The notes beneath the pieces are model-generated. The model was not told the origin of the DNA and ran no database searches. It worked only from the letters and a program-made list of their open reading frames with translations. This document shows, in pieces, positions 25,087-35,062 of a stretch of DNA of 51,854 nt; within the stretch, counting starts at the first letter, position 1, and each line of letters opens with the position of its first letter. The DNA is from Shigella phage JK16. The stretch lies in the sequence record MK962751; one strand, written 5' to 3'. Both the position numbers and the translations under genes were made by a program.

Positions 25087-26654
25087 TGATCATATGGGAA
25101 GATTTGACGGCGGCGCAAAAGCGAGCCATTAAAGAAATCAGTGAGCATTCATTCGAAAAGATGATCAGAATCTGGTTTCAGTTATTGCAGGGGCAAAAAT
25201 TCCAGAGCAACTGGCATTTTAGCTTATTGTGCAGTGAGGTAGAGAAGATCATCAATGGAGAGTCGCAGAATGTGATTTTCAACATTACGCCAGGTAGCGG
25301 TAAGACTGAGATTTTCTCGATCCACATGTCACCCTACGCGTCATTGAAAAGTCGGAAGGTGAGAAACCTTAACCTTTCGTTTAGTGATGGACTTGTCCAG
25401 CAAAACAGCAACAGGATAAAGGAGATTATCGGTTCTCCTGAGTGGCAAGAGCTATGGCCAGGAAAACTGGCAAAGGCGAGCGCAAAAGATCTCATAGTTA
25501 CGGATGGCGGCAAGGTTAAATTGCAAGTTAACTCACGTTCTATTGGCGGACAGGTAACAGGTTTGCGTGGCGGCTATATGGACGATGGTTTTACTGGTAT
25601 GCTGGTTCTGGACGATCCAGACAAGCCGGATGATATGCTTTCTAAGGTCAAGCGTGAGGCGATCCACATGCGGTTAAAAAACACAGTGCGATCGCGTCGA
25701 ATGAAAGACACTACGCCGATTGTTATGGTGCAACAGCGACTACACGTTAATGATTCCACCTGGTTCATGCTTAATGGCGGTATGGGCGGTATTGAGTTTA
25801 AAGTTGTGAGCATTCCTGCGCTGGTTACGAAAGAATACCGCGAAACGCTTCCTGATTGGTTGAAGCCTGAATTTGATCGTGATGTGTTGTCAAGTAAGCC
25901 AGTGATGATAGATGGCGTTGCTCATTATTCATTTTGGCCTGCGAAGGAAAGCGCGGAGGAATTGCTTGCATTGCGCAATGCAGATCCTTATACGTTCGCC
26001 AGTCAGTACCAACAGCAACCCATCGCGCTTGGCGGCAACGTGTTTAAAACAGAGTGGTTCCAGTATTACGGCAGCGGCGAAAAATGCGCACTTCCTAAAC
26101 CGGATCGCTTTGAATACACATTTATTACTGGTGATACCGCGCAGAAGGCCGGAGAGCTTAACGACTATTCAGTTTTTTGTTATTGGGGGATGTATAAGAA
26201 TCGCGTTTACTTCATTGATGGCATTCGCGGAAAGTGGGAAGCGCCGGATCTTGAATTAAATTTTATTGCCTTCGTTAATCAGTGCTGGAAGCGCAATAAG
26301 GAGTGTGGCAGCTTGCGACGTATCCACATTGAGGATAAGGCCAGCGGCACGGGTTTGATTCAGGGGGCCAAAAAGAAGATCCCGATTGATATAAATCCCG
26401 TTCAGCGAAGCAATGACAAGGTAACGCGAGCAATGGACGCCGCGCCAGTAATGAGGGCCGGACGTGTGGCACTGCCAGAAAGTCATCCCATGTTACCTGA
26501 GATACTGGCAGAGGTTGCAGCGTTCACTTTTGACGATTCTCATCCCCATGATGATATTGTCGATAATATAGTTGATGCTGTTAACGTCGAAATGAACTTG
26601 GCTGATGATCCGGTAGCAAGGATGAAAAAGCTGGCTGGTCTACGCAATAAATAG
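25086..26654 (+). CDS. terminase large subunit
   Basis: ATPase P-loop-like ITPGSGKTE, acidic Walker B-like MLVLDDPD, C-terminal nuclease-like acidic residues; 522 aa. Confidence 0.8.
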   Translation: MIIWEDLTAAQKRAIKEISEHSFEKMIRIWFQLLQGQKFQSNWHFSLLCSEVEKIINGESQNVIFNITPGSGKTEIFSIHMSPYASLKSRKVRNLNLSFSDGLVQQNSNRIKEIIGSPEWQELWPGKLAKASAKDLIVTDGGKVKLQVNSRSIGGQVTGLRGGYMDDGFTGMLVLDDPDKPDDMLSKVKREAIHMRLKNTVRSRRMKDTTPIVMVQQRLHVNDSTWFMLNGGMGGIEFKVVSIPALVTKEYRETLPDWLKPEFDRDVLSSKPVMIDGVAHYSFWPAKESAEELLALRNADPYTFASQYQQQPIALGGNVFKTEWFQYYGSGEKCALPKPDRFEYTFITGDTAQKAGELNDYSVFCYWGMYKNRVYFIDGIRGKWEAPDLELNFIAFVNQCWKRNKECGSLRRIHIEDKASGTGLIQGAKKKIPIDINPVQRSNDKVTRAMDAAPVMRAGRVALPESHPMLPEILAEVAAFTFDDSHPHDDIVDNIVDAVNVEMNLADDPVARMKKLAGLRNK

Positions 26655-26680
26655 CACTAATTGCTAAAAAGTTATATAAT
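26652..26680 (+). promoter_or_regulatory. motif variant (TAGCACTAATTGCTAAAAA) with TATAAT only 4 nt downstream
   Basis: Variant copy supplying TAG stop of terL; spacing atypical. Confidence 0.3.
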
Positions 26681-26683
26681 CAA

Positions 26684-26708
26684 GGCTGGATTTTTCCAGC
26701 CTTTTTTA
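26684..26708 (+). terminator. rho-independent terminator or attenuator between terL and portal
   Basis: Stem GGCTGGA/TCCAGCC followed by T6. Confidence 0.55.
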
Positions 26709-26724
26709 TTATGGAGATTTGACG

Positions 26725-28017
26725 ATGAGCGAAAAAACAAGGCTAGTTAAGGCCGATGGATACAACGAGATTTTCAAGGGTAGTAAGGGCAATGGGCGTG
26801 TAGAGTTGCCTTTCTTTATGCAGGGGTTCGAATACACCACGCACGATGATTTTTACATTCGTGACGGCCTAGCAAAACGAATCATCGACGTTGTTCCAGA
26901 AGAAATGGTGACGCCTGGATTTAATATTGATGGCGTGGAAGATGAGGAAAGTTTTAGATCTTTGTGGGATGAGAAGCGACTAAACGATAAAATCATTGAT
27001 GCGCTTTGCTGGTCGCGTCTTTTTGGTGGCGCTGCAATCGTGGCAATCGTCCAGGATGGCAGGGCTTTAAAGTCACCTGTAGCGCCTGGTGCAATCCTTG
27101 AAGATGTTCGCGTTTACGATCGCTTTCAGGTTCGCGTAGAAAAGCGCGAAACTAATCCACGCAAGGTAAGATATGGTGAGCCATTAATTTACACCATTTC
27201 ACCTGGTGCCGACTTGCCAGAATACCAGGTTCACTATTCGCGAGTCTGTATTATCGACGGTGAGCGGCTACCAAATCAGCGGCGTCAATCAAATGATGGG
27301 TGGGGTGAGTCGATCCTGAATAAGAGACTTGTTGAGGCTATTTGTGATTATAACTACTGCGAAAACTTAGCAACTCAATTGTTGCGACGTAAGCAACAGG
27401 CGGTATGGAAAGTTAAAGGTCTTGCTGATCTTTGTGATGATGATGATGGTGTTAGTGCCGCACGTTTGCGACTTGCTCAAGTTGATGATGAGGGTGGCGT
27501 AGGCCGTGCGATCGGCATTGATGCGGAAGATGAGGAATATGATGTTTTAAATTCTGATATTTCTGCCGTCGATTCATTCCTGGAAAAGAAGATGGATCGC
27601 ATTGTATCTCTTTCCGGCATCCATGAAATCATCCTCAAAAACAAGAACGTTGGCGGTGTTAGCGCGAGCCAAAACACGGCGCTTGAAACCTTCTGCAAGC
27701 TGATCGACCGAAAGCGAAAGGAAGAATACAAACCAATCCTTGAATTTCTGATCCCGTTCCTTATTCAAGAGGAAGAATGGAGCATTCAGTTTGCGCCGTT
27801 AAGCGTTCCCAGCGAAAAGGACCAGGCCGAGATCTTGAACAAGAATATTGATTCTTTGAGCAAGGCTATTGACGGTCAATTCATGGATGCAGAAGAGGCG
27901 CGCGACACATTGCGAGCCATTGCGCCTAACGTTAAACTAAAAGACGGCAATGACATTAAATTACCTGAGCAAGACGTAGAGCCGGAGCCAGGAACAACAG
28001 AGGGTAGCAATCAATGA
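26725..28017 (+). CDS. portal protein
   Basis: Size and position after terL; GGAG RBS. Confidence 0.7.
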   Translation: MSEKTRLVKADGYNEIFKGSKGNGRVELPFFMQGFEYTTHDDFYIRDGLAKRIIDVVPEEMVTPGFNIDGVEDEESFRSLWDEKRLNDKIIDALCWSRLFGGAAIVAIVQDGRALKSPVAPGAILEDVRVYDRFQVRVEKRETNPRKVRYGEPLIYTISPGADLPEYQVHYSRVCIIDGERLPNQRRQSNDGWGESILNKRLVEAICDYNYCENLATQLLRRKQQAVWKVKGLADLCDDDDGVSAARLRLAQVDDEGGVGRAIGIDAEDEEYDVLNSDISAVDSFLEKKMDRIVSLSGIHEIILKNKNVGGVSASQNTALETFCKLIDRKRKEEYKPILEFLIPFLIQEEEWSIQFAPLSVPSEKDQAEILNKNIDSLSKAIDGQFMDAEEARDTLRAIAPNVKLKDGNDIKLPEQDVEPEPGTTEGSNQ

Positions 28018-28769
28018 TAGTGAAAGGCGTCGTTAAACAATGGCGCTTTCCTGAAGCAAGCGAGCGGCAATTGCGCCGCTCAATTCAGGAGGCGATAAGG
28101 GATCTTGTTGTGCTGATGCGCAGCAAAACAAAGGAAATGAAATTTGACGCGGACACCGAAGAAATCAACGCCGCAGAGGATGAGATTAGTAGCTTCGCGT
28201 TAAAGCTAATAGCTGGCATCGCCGCATCACTTCCGGCTATCGGTTTTGCTGTTTATAAATTCAACGCGAAGCAATTTATTAACGTAGCCAAATCAACTGG
28301 AGGCAAGTCAAATTCAGCCGTTATCATCCTTATGGCTATTGGGGCCAATGCGAATGAGAGTTGGTATAGGACGCTATACGGTCAATGGCATGACATGACG
28401 ATCGCATCTCTTCAAAAGCTATTTGGAAACATCGTGTCTGACTGGTCAACCAATATTAGATTGGCAAACTTTCGCGGAATGAGAGATAGCCAGGTTAATG
28501 AATTGGCTGGTAAGAGGTTCGCAGTGTATAGCTCTTGGGGTAAGACAAGGGCGGAAAACATCATAGGCGCTTGGAATAGTAGACTCATGCGCCAGCGTCT
28601 TTATGATTCAAAAGTAACTCATTATTTTTGGCATGGTATGCTTGATGACAGAGAGCGATTGCAGCATGTACAATGGGAAGGTAAGCGCATTGCGCTAGAT
28701 TCTGAACATGATTTTCCTGGTGAGCCTTTCGGTTGTCGTTGTTGGGCCATACCAGATTGGAACAGTTAA
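28014..28769 (+). CDS. head morphogenesis protein (Mu F / SPP1 gp7-like)
   Basis: C-terminal HYFWHG...GCRCWAI pattern typical of this family; position after portal. Confidence 0.6.
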   Translation: MIVKGVVKQWRFPEASERQLRRSIQEAIRDLVVLMRSKTKEMKFDADTEEINAAEDEISSFALKLIAGIAASLPAIGFAVYKFNAKQFINVAKSTGGKSNSAVIILMAIGANANESWYRTLYGQWHDMTIASLQKLFGNIVSDWSTNIRLANFRGMRDSQVNELAGKRFAVYSSWGKTRAENIIGAWNSRLMRQRLYDSKVTHYFWHGMLDDRERLQHVQWEGKRIALDSEHDFPGEPFGCRCWAIPDWNS

Positions 28770-28779
28770 GAGGTATTAA

Positions 28780-29895
28780 ATGAAGGCAAAACAAAGATTT
28801 GATAGCGCCAAAGTAAAGGCGCACTTTGATGATAACGGGTTTTTAGTTGATCGCCCTATCGTGGCGCGAATTGGTTTACAAGTCTATCAGACTCCTTTCG
28901 GTGAGCGCCGAGAATTTCGCCCTGCGTCAGAAGTATTCAAGGCCGACTCGCTCGCCACCTTTGCAGGGAAGCCGGTCACGGTTGGTCACGTCACGGTAAC
29001 GCCAGAAAACGCCGAAAAGGTTGTAGTTGGTTCTTGTGCTGGCGCTGGTGTGCCGAACGGGATCGGCGTAGAGGTTCCGTTAAGCATTTACTCAAAACGA
29101 GCAATCGAAAGCGCAAAGAAGCGAGACACGGCGGAAATTTCAGTTGGTTATACATCGGTTGATATTGATAAACCAGGCTGGGGCAATAATAAAACTGGTG
29201 AGTACGTTTTCGATGAGGACGTTAGCGAAGACTGGAAACCTGATTCTCCTGATTGGGTTAAGTTTGATGCAATCCAGACTGAAATCAAGGTAAACCACAT
29301 CGCGTTAGTTTTCCGAGGTCGAGCTGGCATTGCAAAATTAAACCTTGATAGCCAGCAAGATTTTCCGTATAGTGACGACGTTATTAACAACAAAGAGGAT
29401 CAAATCATGACTGTAAAAATTAAACTGGATGGCGCTGTAGAGTTTGACGTGCCGAAAGCGGTTGCGGATCACATTGAATCACTGAAAGCTGATACCAAAG
29501 CGCAGAAAGAAAAGGCTGACAGCCTGGAAGCTGAGCGAGACGCACTGCAAACCAAAGTAGATGGCATTCAGGATCAGATTGATGCCGCAGTCAAGAAGGC
29601 CAAAGAAGATGCCGAGCAATATGCTCAATTAGTGGCAGACGCTAAAGAGTTAGGCATCAAGTGCGACGGCCTGGATGCGAAAGCAATCAAGGTTGCATAC
29701 ATCAAGGAAGTTATGGGCAATGACGTTTCTGATAAAACTGATGCCTATATCGAAACAGCTTTCGACATCGCCAAAAACTCTGATAAAATGGCGGCGCAGC
29801 GTAAGAGCATTAAAGGTGACTCTTTCGCGAATGAAAAGCAGGATGACGCAGGTTCTAAGCTGAATCCTAACGCTCGTTTTGAGAAACTGAAATAA
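28780..29895 (+). CDS. scaffold protein (possible prohead protease-scaffold fusion)
   Basis: C-terminal half is charged coiled-coil (KADTKAQKEKADSLEAERDALQTKVDGIQDQID...); position before capsid genes. Confidence 0.45.
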   Translation: MKAKQRFDSAKVKAHFDDNGFLVDRPIVARIGLQVYQTPFGERREFRPASEVFKADSLATFAGKPVTVGHVTVTPENAEKVVVGSCAGAGVPNGIGVEVPLSIYSKRAIESAKKRDTAEISVGYTSVDIDKPGWGNNKTGEYVFDEDVSEDWKPDSPDWVKFDAIQTEIKVNHIALVFRGRAGIAKLNLDSQQDFPYSDDVINNKEDQIMTVKIKLDGAVEFDVPKAVADHIESLKADTKAQKEKADSLEAERDALQTKVDGIQDQIDAAVKKAKEDAEQYAQLVADAKELGIKCDGLDAKAIKVAYIKEVMGNDVSDKTDAYIETAFDIAKNSDKMAAQRKSIKGDSFANEKQDDAGSKLNPNARFEKLK

Positions 29896-29907
29896 GGAGT
29901 AATTAAA

Positions 29908-30417
29908 ATGGCTAAAATTGGAGCAAGTTATTTTGACACTATGGCGCGTGCGCTTCCTGGTCAGGTATCCGATACTTCGGCATATAACATCGACGGCGCT
30001 TGTGTTCTTGACAAGGAAGATGGCATCCCAATCCTGGTTGGCGTGGCTGTTAAGCTAAAAGGCGTTGACTCAATGGGTAATAAGCTGATCGACTCCATTT
30101 CCGCTGGCGGTGACGTTCCTTATGGCGTTGGCATCCGTTCTCACTTTCAAACAACGGCTGATAATGGTCGAATGGTTTATGAGGTTGGCGGCGGAATCAA
30201 CGTTATGACAGAGGGCCGCGTTTGGATGATTGGAGATGATTCAGATAAGGCCAAAAAGCCATCGTATCGTGAGCCTGTAAAAATTGATGAAAACACTGGC
30301 AAGGTAAAAAGTGGTGGCGCTATCAATACCAACTGGATTTACACGGGAGATAAAACCACATTTGGAACTGGCGAAGATGTGTTGACTTTGTTTGAAGTTC
30401 AGGTCTTCCCAAGCTAA
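29908..30417 (+). CDS. capsid-associated protein (decoration-like), paralog of next gene
   Basis: Shares YNIDG..C, INV.T.G.VW and WI.TGD motifs with 30468 gene. Confidence 0.45.
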   Translation: MAKIGASYFDTMARALPGQVSDTSAYNIDGACVLDKEDGIPILVGVAVKLKGVDSMGNKLIDSISAGGDVPYGVGIRSHFQTTADNGRMVYEVGGGINVMTEGRVWMIGDDSDKAKKPSYREPVKIDENTGKVKSGGAINTNWIYTGDKTTFGTGEDVLTLFEVQVFPS

Positions 30418-30421
30418 AATT

Positions 30422-30447
30422 AAGGCGCTCGCTTGAGCGCCTTTTTT
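30422..30447 (+). terminator. rho-independent terminator or attenuator
   Basis: Stem AAGGCGCTC/GAGCGCCTT followed by T-run. Confidence 0.55.
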
Positions 30448-30467
30448 ATTATGTAAGGAGAAATGAA

Positions 30468-31250
30468 ATGGCTAAAGATTATTCATCTGTTATGGGTCTT
30501 TCTTGCCCTGGTTGTTTGGTTGACTCTACTCGCTACAATATTGATGGAACTGGCGTTTGTGGTTCTGAGTCGATTATTGCTGGTAAGGTTGTTTTCTTCA
30601 AAGAGAGAGTAGAAGGTTATAGCATATTTGTTGATCATAAAGAGCATGATGCGGTTGTTGCTGGCGTCGCGCTAAGGAGCAACATAACAACGACAGTTAA
30701 CGAGGAAGACGGGTATTCAGACTACAAGGAAGGAGACGCCATCAACATTTTGACAAGAGGTGTTGTATGGTGTGTAACTCAAACAATTGAATCTCCTCCT
30801 GAACATGGCGATCTTGTTTATGTTAACAATGATGGCTTTGTAGCAAAGAGTGACGGGGATGAAATCGTCGATGGCTGGATTTTTACTGGTGACTTCTACA
30901 AGTTTGATGAAACAATAAACATAGTAGGAGTAAGGATAACGCCGCTTCATCATAGAAAATACCTTCTTACTGGTGCGATAATTGAGGCTGAAAATGGCTA
31001 CATAGAGGGAACAGAGACGATTAATAACGTTCAATTAAAGGTAACGGTTGTTCCTACTTGGGCTGATGACAAAACGGGTCAGTGGACAATTACAAACGAG
31101 CAAGATCCAAAGGTTGCCAGCGTTAGCCGTACAGGTCTTGTTGTTCCTACTGGTGTAGGAGGCAGAGTTAACGTCAACTGGACTGCTAATGATGGTTCTG
31201 GAGTTGCTGACCAGTTTGATATTGTATTTAAGAAAACCGCTGGCGAATAA
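30468..31250 (+). CDS. head decoration protein with C-terminal Ig-like domain
   Basis: N-terminal paralogy to 29908 gene; C-terminal Ig-like segment (VTVVPTWADDKTGQWTI...VNVNWTANDGSG). Confidence 0.5.
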   Translation: MAKDYSSVMGLSCPGCLVDSTRYNIDGTGVCGSESIIAGKVVFFKERVEGYSIFVDHKEHDAVVAGVALRSNITTTVNEEDGYSDYKEGDAINILTRGVVWCVTQTIESPPEHGDLVYVNNDGFVAKSDGDEIVDGWIFTGDFYKFDETINIVGVRITPLHHRKYLLTGAIIEAENGYIEGTETINNVQLKVTVVPTWADDKTGQWTITNEQDPKVASVSRTGLVVPTGVGGRVNVNWTANDGSGVADQFDIVFKKTAGE

Positions 31251-31274
31251 CTGATAGCATAAAAAAACATTGCA

Positions 31275-31293
31275 CGTTTAACAAAAAGTGCTA
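31275..31293 (-). promoter_or_regulatory. motif copy in antisense orientation within the structural module
   Basis: Reverse-complement motif between decoration and capsid genes; no -10 at standard spacing. Confidence 0.3.
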
Positions 31294-31300
31294 TCATCTA

Positions 31301-31327
31301 GGCCGTTACATTTAACGGCCTTTTTTA
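31301..31327 (+). terminator. rho-independent terminator or attenuator immediately upstream of major capsid gene
   Basis: Stem GGCCGTTA/TAACGGCC followed by T6, then GGAGG RBS. Confidence 0.5.
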
Positions 31328-31340
31328 TGGAGGAAGCAAA

Positions 31341-32312
31341 ATGGCTAAAAAATACGATGAATTAGATGCTACCATTGTAGCAAATCATTTACAGGTTCAG
31401 GGCGTTAAGGGTGATGCTTCTGATATGGGTATTTGGACCGCTCAAGAGCTACACAAGATCCGTTCAACGGCATACGAGAAAGAGTATCCGGCAGGTTCCG
31501 CACTTCGCGTATTCCCTGTAACAAACGAGCTTTCTGATACTGATAAGACTTTTGAGTATCAGACTTTTGATAAGGTTGGCTACGCGAAAATTATCGCCGA
31601 CTACACCGACGATCTGCCGACCGTGGACGCGCTGATGACTTCTGAATTTGGCAAGGTGTTCCGCCTGGGTAACGCTTTTCTGATCTCCATTGATGAGATT
31701 AAAGCAGGTCAGCGAACTGGCAAGAGCCTGTCAACTCGCAAGGCTAACGCTGCGCAAAATGCGCATGATCAGTTGATTAACTTCCTGGTGTTCAAAGGTT
31801 CCAAGCCTCATAAGATCGTTTCCGTTTTCGATCACCCTAACCTTACGAAAATTGTTTCTAAAGGATGGATGAGCCAGGATGGAAACACCAAGTTCCCTGA
31901 TGTGGCAAGCGATGAACTGGAGGCTGCAATCGAGACTATCGAGGAAGTAACCAAAGGTCAGCACCGCGCGACTAACATCCTGATCCCGCCGTCCATGCGT
32001 AAAGTCTTGACGGTTCGAATGGAAAATACCACTGAAAGTTATCTTGAATACTTCCAGAAGCAAAACGGCGGCATCACTATCGACTCTATCGCAGAGCTTG
32101 AGGATATTGACGGCAAAGGTACGAAAGGTTGCTTGGTTTACGAAAAAGATCCAATGAACATGAGCATTGAGATTCCAGAAGCGTTTAACATGCTTCCGGC
32201 GCAGCCAAAAGACCTTCATTTCAAGGTTCCTTGCACTTCCAAGTGTACTGGCCTTACTATTTACCGTCCGTTTACGATGGTGCTTATTACTGGCTTGAAA
32301 AAGTCAGCTTAA
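31341..32312 (+). CDS. major capsid protein
   Basis: 323 aa, strong RBS, followed by strong terminator; position in head module. Confidence 0.7.
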   Translation: MAKKYDELDATIVANHLQVQGVKGDASDMGIWTAQELHKIRSTAYEKEYPAGSALRVFPVTNELSDTDKTFEYQTFDKVGYAKIIADYTDDLPTVDALMTSEFGKVFRLGNAFLISIDEIKAGQRTGKSLSTRKANAAQNAHDQLINFLVFKGSKPHKIVSVFDHPNLTKIVSKGWMSQDGNTKFPDVASDELEAAIETIEEVTKGQHRATNILIPPSMRKVLTVRMENTTESYLEYFQKQNGGITIDSIAELEDIDGKGTKGCLVYEKDPMNMSIEIPEAFNMLPAQPKDLHFKVPCTSKCTGLTIYRPFTMVLITGLKKSA

Positions 32313-32323
32313 TTAGATAACAT

Positions 32324-32351
32324 GGGGAGCCTTAAGGGTTCCCCTTTTTTT
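32324..32351 (+). terminator. rho-independent terminator after major capsid gene
   Basis: Stem GGGGAGCC/GGGTTCCCC followed by T7. Confidence 0.7.
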
Positions 32352-32370
32352 ATTTACGGAGTACACAAAA

Positions 32371-32637
32371 ATGAGCAAAACTTTAAAACTTAAAGTAACT
32401 GGCGTTTGCATGATTATTATGGACGGTAAGCGTTATCACCCTGGTGATGAGATTGAAATTGAATCTGATCGCATTAATGATTCCGCAATTGAATACCTGA
32501 TCGCTCGCGGCGATGTGGAAGTTAAAGACAATTCCGAAATTAACGAGCAAATCAAGGAGAAAGCGGAGAAGAAGCGCAAAAAAGATCCTACCGAGGGCAA
32601 GAGCCGCAAAGAGCTAGAGGATGGCGGCGAATATTAA
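32371..32637 (+). CDS. hypothetical structural protein
   Basis: 88 aa, Lys/Glu-rich C-terminus. Confidence 0.4.
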   Translation: MSKTLKLKVTGVCMIIMDGKRYHPGDEIEIESDRINDSAIEYLIARGDVEVKDNSEINEQIKEKAEKKRKKDPTEGKSRKELEDGGEY

Positions 32638-32683
32638 TAATTGGGGCGCTTATGCGCCCCTTGTCATATCTGGAGAAAGCAAA

Positions 32684-33103
32684 ATGGTAGATGAATTTTA
32701 CACAGACGCTGAAATCGTTCAGCAAATCGTAAAGTTGGCCCCACCAATGCAGCAGGTTGATCCCGATTTAATTGTGGCATGGATTGAGCTTGCTAAAGAA
32801 TTTGTTTGCAAAAAACGGTTTAAAAACTCATACCCGAAAGCGGTTGCGCTTTACACTCTTCACCTTATGACCTTAGACGGGGCAATGAAACAGGAAGGTG
32901 AAAGCGTAGAAAGCTATTCCCGCCGCGTTGCATCGTTCACTCTGACTGGTGAGTTTAGTCAGACGTTTGATCGAATTTCTTCCGATACAAGCGGAAAGCA
33001 GATCCGACAAACGCCGTGGGGCAAAATGTACGAAGTGTTAAACCGTAAGCACGGTGGCGGCTTTGGACTTGTAACTGGATTGCGCCGGAGATGTTGCCGA
33101 TGA
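32684..33103 (+). CDS. head-tail connector protein (putative)
   Basis: Position; GGAGAAAGC RBS. Confidence 0.4.
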   Translation: MVDEFYTDAEIVQQIVKLAPPMQQVDPDLIVAWIELAKEFVCKKRFKNSYPKAVALYTLHLMTLDGAMKQEGESVESYSRRVASFTLTGEFSQTFDRISSDTSGKQIRQTPWGKMYEVLNRKHGGGFGLVTGLRRRCCR

Positions 33104-33474
33104 ATTACAATGAGATTGCAAGAATGGCTACTGCTGGGATTAACTTTTTCAGCGACGCTAACGGTATGTTTAAGTGCATCACGCAGCAGGGAGGGGTTGA
33201 GATTATCGGCGGAGAGGAAGTTGCCAAGCCTGAGATTTCAGTGATGATAAAGGGGCTTGTTAGATCTCCGAGGACTAGAGAGGTTGACGGTGAAACGATC
33301 CGAGTAACCGACAAGTTGGGGGTATTCACCAATGAAACTGAGATCAAAAATGGTTATCAGATTGAAATTGATGGCGATCGTTATGTTGTCGTTGAAGCAA
33401 GACCAGTCAGACAGACTAACATCACGGCAGCTTATCGTCCGATATTAAGGAGGATTGCAGTGCATGGCGGATAA
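33091..33474 (+). CDS. head-tail joining protein (putative)
   Basis: Position; overlapping start. Confidence 0.4.
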   Translation: MLPMNYNEIARMATAGINFFSDANGMFKCITQQGGVEIIGGEEVAKPEISVMIKGLVRSPRTREVDGETIRVTDKLGVFTNETEIKNGYQIEIDGDRYVVVEARPVRQTNITAAYRPILRRIAVHGG

Positions 33475-33907
33475 TTATAAGATCAGGGAATTTCACGGTG
33501 ATATAAGCAGGTGGATTGATTCAGTAAGCAGCGGCCTTGTTGATTGCGTTGAAATGTTCGCGACAAACGTCCACGAGGATCTTGTAAAGCGTTCGCCAGT
33601 TGATACGGGCCGATATAAAGCTAACTGGCAGGTAACAGCAAACAAGCCGCCGCTATATGCTCTCAATCAATACGATCGCGATGGTAGTAAAACCATTGCA
33701 GAAGGCAAGCGAGCAATATATGCAATCATGCGGGGCGGTGGAGCGGTGCGGTCAATCTATTTTTCAAACATGCTTATTTACGCCAATGCGCTTGAATACG
33801 GGCATTCAAAACAAGCGCCGTCCGGCGTGCTGGGAATCGTGGCGGTAAAGCTGCGATCCTATATGACTAAGGCAATAAAGGATTCGAGGGCAAAAAATGC
33901 ACTATGA
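33464..33907 (+). CDS. neck / tail completion protein (putative)
   Basis: Position; AAGGAGG RBS. Confidence 0.4.
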   Translation: MADNYKIREFHGDISRWIDSVSSGLVDCVEMFATNVHEDLVKRSPVDTGRYKANWQVTANKPPLYALNQYDRDGSKTIAEGKRAIYAIMRGGGAVRSIYFSNMLIYANALEYGHSKQAPSGVLGIVAVKLRSYMTKAIKDSRAKNAL

Positions 33908-34298
33908 TTTAATGTTAGCGGCAAGAAAGGCGCTGGCGGAGGAATATGAATCACGATTCAAGATCGCCTATGAAAACGTTGATTTTGTTCCGCCTGGTGA
34001 TGGTTCGATGTGGTTAAAATTTGACTACATGGAAGCCGACACAGATCGCATATCTCTTGATAGAAAATGCGTTTCTTATATCGGATTGGTTCAGGTTGGA
34101 ATTGTTATGCCTCCTGGCGGCGGCACTGATAAAGCGCGTTTGCTGGCTAAAGAGATTGCGAGATTTTTCTATGATGGTAGAATGTTTGAAACTGGCTATA
34201 TTAGCGAGGGGGCAAACGTCCACGCATTACTAAAAAGTGAAACAGGTTGGTTCTTACCGATCCGTTTCAGTGTTAGGCTTGACACAAAGGAGGAATAA
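33897..34298 (+). CDS. tail terminator-like protein (putative)
   Basis: Position before major tail gene. Confidence 0.4.
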   Translation: MHYDLMLAARKALAEEYESRFKIAYENVDFVPPGDGSMWLKFDYMEADTDRISLDRKCVSYIGLVQVGIVMPPGGGTDKARLLAKEIARFFYDGRMFETGYISEGANVHALLKSETGWFLPIRFSVRLDTKEE

Positions 34299-34300
34299 TC

Positions 34301-34963
34301 ATGCACTTGCCTAATGGTTCTCAAATTTTCATCGGCGTTAATATGGGTGATCCGATTCAGGCTACGGCTATTTCAAATGCTAATGATCCTGTTTTTACGA
34401 CTGCAAACACTCAAAGCATCAAAAAAGGCGCTTATGTTCTTATTGAAACATCTTCTTGGGGCAAACTTGTTAGTCGAGTGCTTCGAGTTAAGGAAGTATC
34501 AGGTAATGTAAGTGTTACTCTTGAGGGCGTTAGCACCAAAGATACAAACGTATTTCCAGAAGGAAAGAACACAGCAACTTTCCGAGAAGTGAAATCTTGG
34601 GTAGAGGTTCCTTGCGTGCAGGATCTTGCGCAGGACGGCGGCGAGCAACAGTATTACACTTATCAGTGTTTGGCTGATGACCAGGAGCAGCAGTTACCGA
34701 CCTACAAGAGCGCGGTTTCTCTTACCTACACTTTCGCTCATGAATATGATAACCCGATTTATCCGATCTTGCGCGAGGCTGAGGAATCCGGCGACGTAAC
34801 CGCTTTGCGTATGTACGTGCCGAAAGCTAAAGAGATGCGTTGCTGGGCTGGCGTATTGTCTTTTAATGACATTCCGCAAACAACTATGAACGAAATGGAA
34901 ACTGTTTCCCTTTCTGTATCTCTGAAAGGCCGATTCACGTTCTTACCTTCCGACGTTAAGTAA
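34301..34963 (+). CDS. major tail protein
   Basis: 220 aa, followed by strong terminator, upstream of G/GT chaperone. Confidence 0.65.
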   Translation: MHLPNGSQIFIGVNMGDPIQATAISNANDPVFTTANTQSIKKGAYVLIETSSWGKLVSRVLRVKEVSGNVSVTLEGVSTKDTNVFPEGKNTATFREVKSWVEVPCVQDLAQDGGEQQYYTYQCLADDQEQQLPTYKSAVSLTYTFAHEYDNPIYPILREAEESGDVTALRMYVPKAKEMRCWAGVLSFNDIPQTTMNEMETVSLSVSLKGRFTFLPSDVK

Positions 34964-34967
34964 AACA

Positions 34968-34991
34968 AGGGGCGTTGCGCCCCTTTTTTCA
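34968..34991 (+). terminator. rho-independent terminator after major tail gene
   Basis: Stem AAGGGGCG/CGCCCCTT followed by T6. Confidence 0.7.
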
Positions 34992-35029
34992 TTCCTGTAA
35001 AATCAATCTATCAAATAAATTAATTCCAC

Positions 35030-35048
35030 TTTTAACAAAAAGTGCTAT
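35030..35048 (-). promoter_or_regulatory. motif copy in antisense orientation upstream of G chaperone gene
   Basis: Reverse-complement motif abutting the AAGGAG RBS. Confidence 0.3.
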
Positions 35049-35062
35049 AAGGAGATCTTAAG

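Noticed and set aside
26652-26680. Functional motif-class promoter between terL and portal
   Set aside because: Variant motif with TATAAT only 4 nt downstream instead of 17-19; more likely a decayed copy or just a -10-like sequence, so reported with low confidence.
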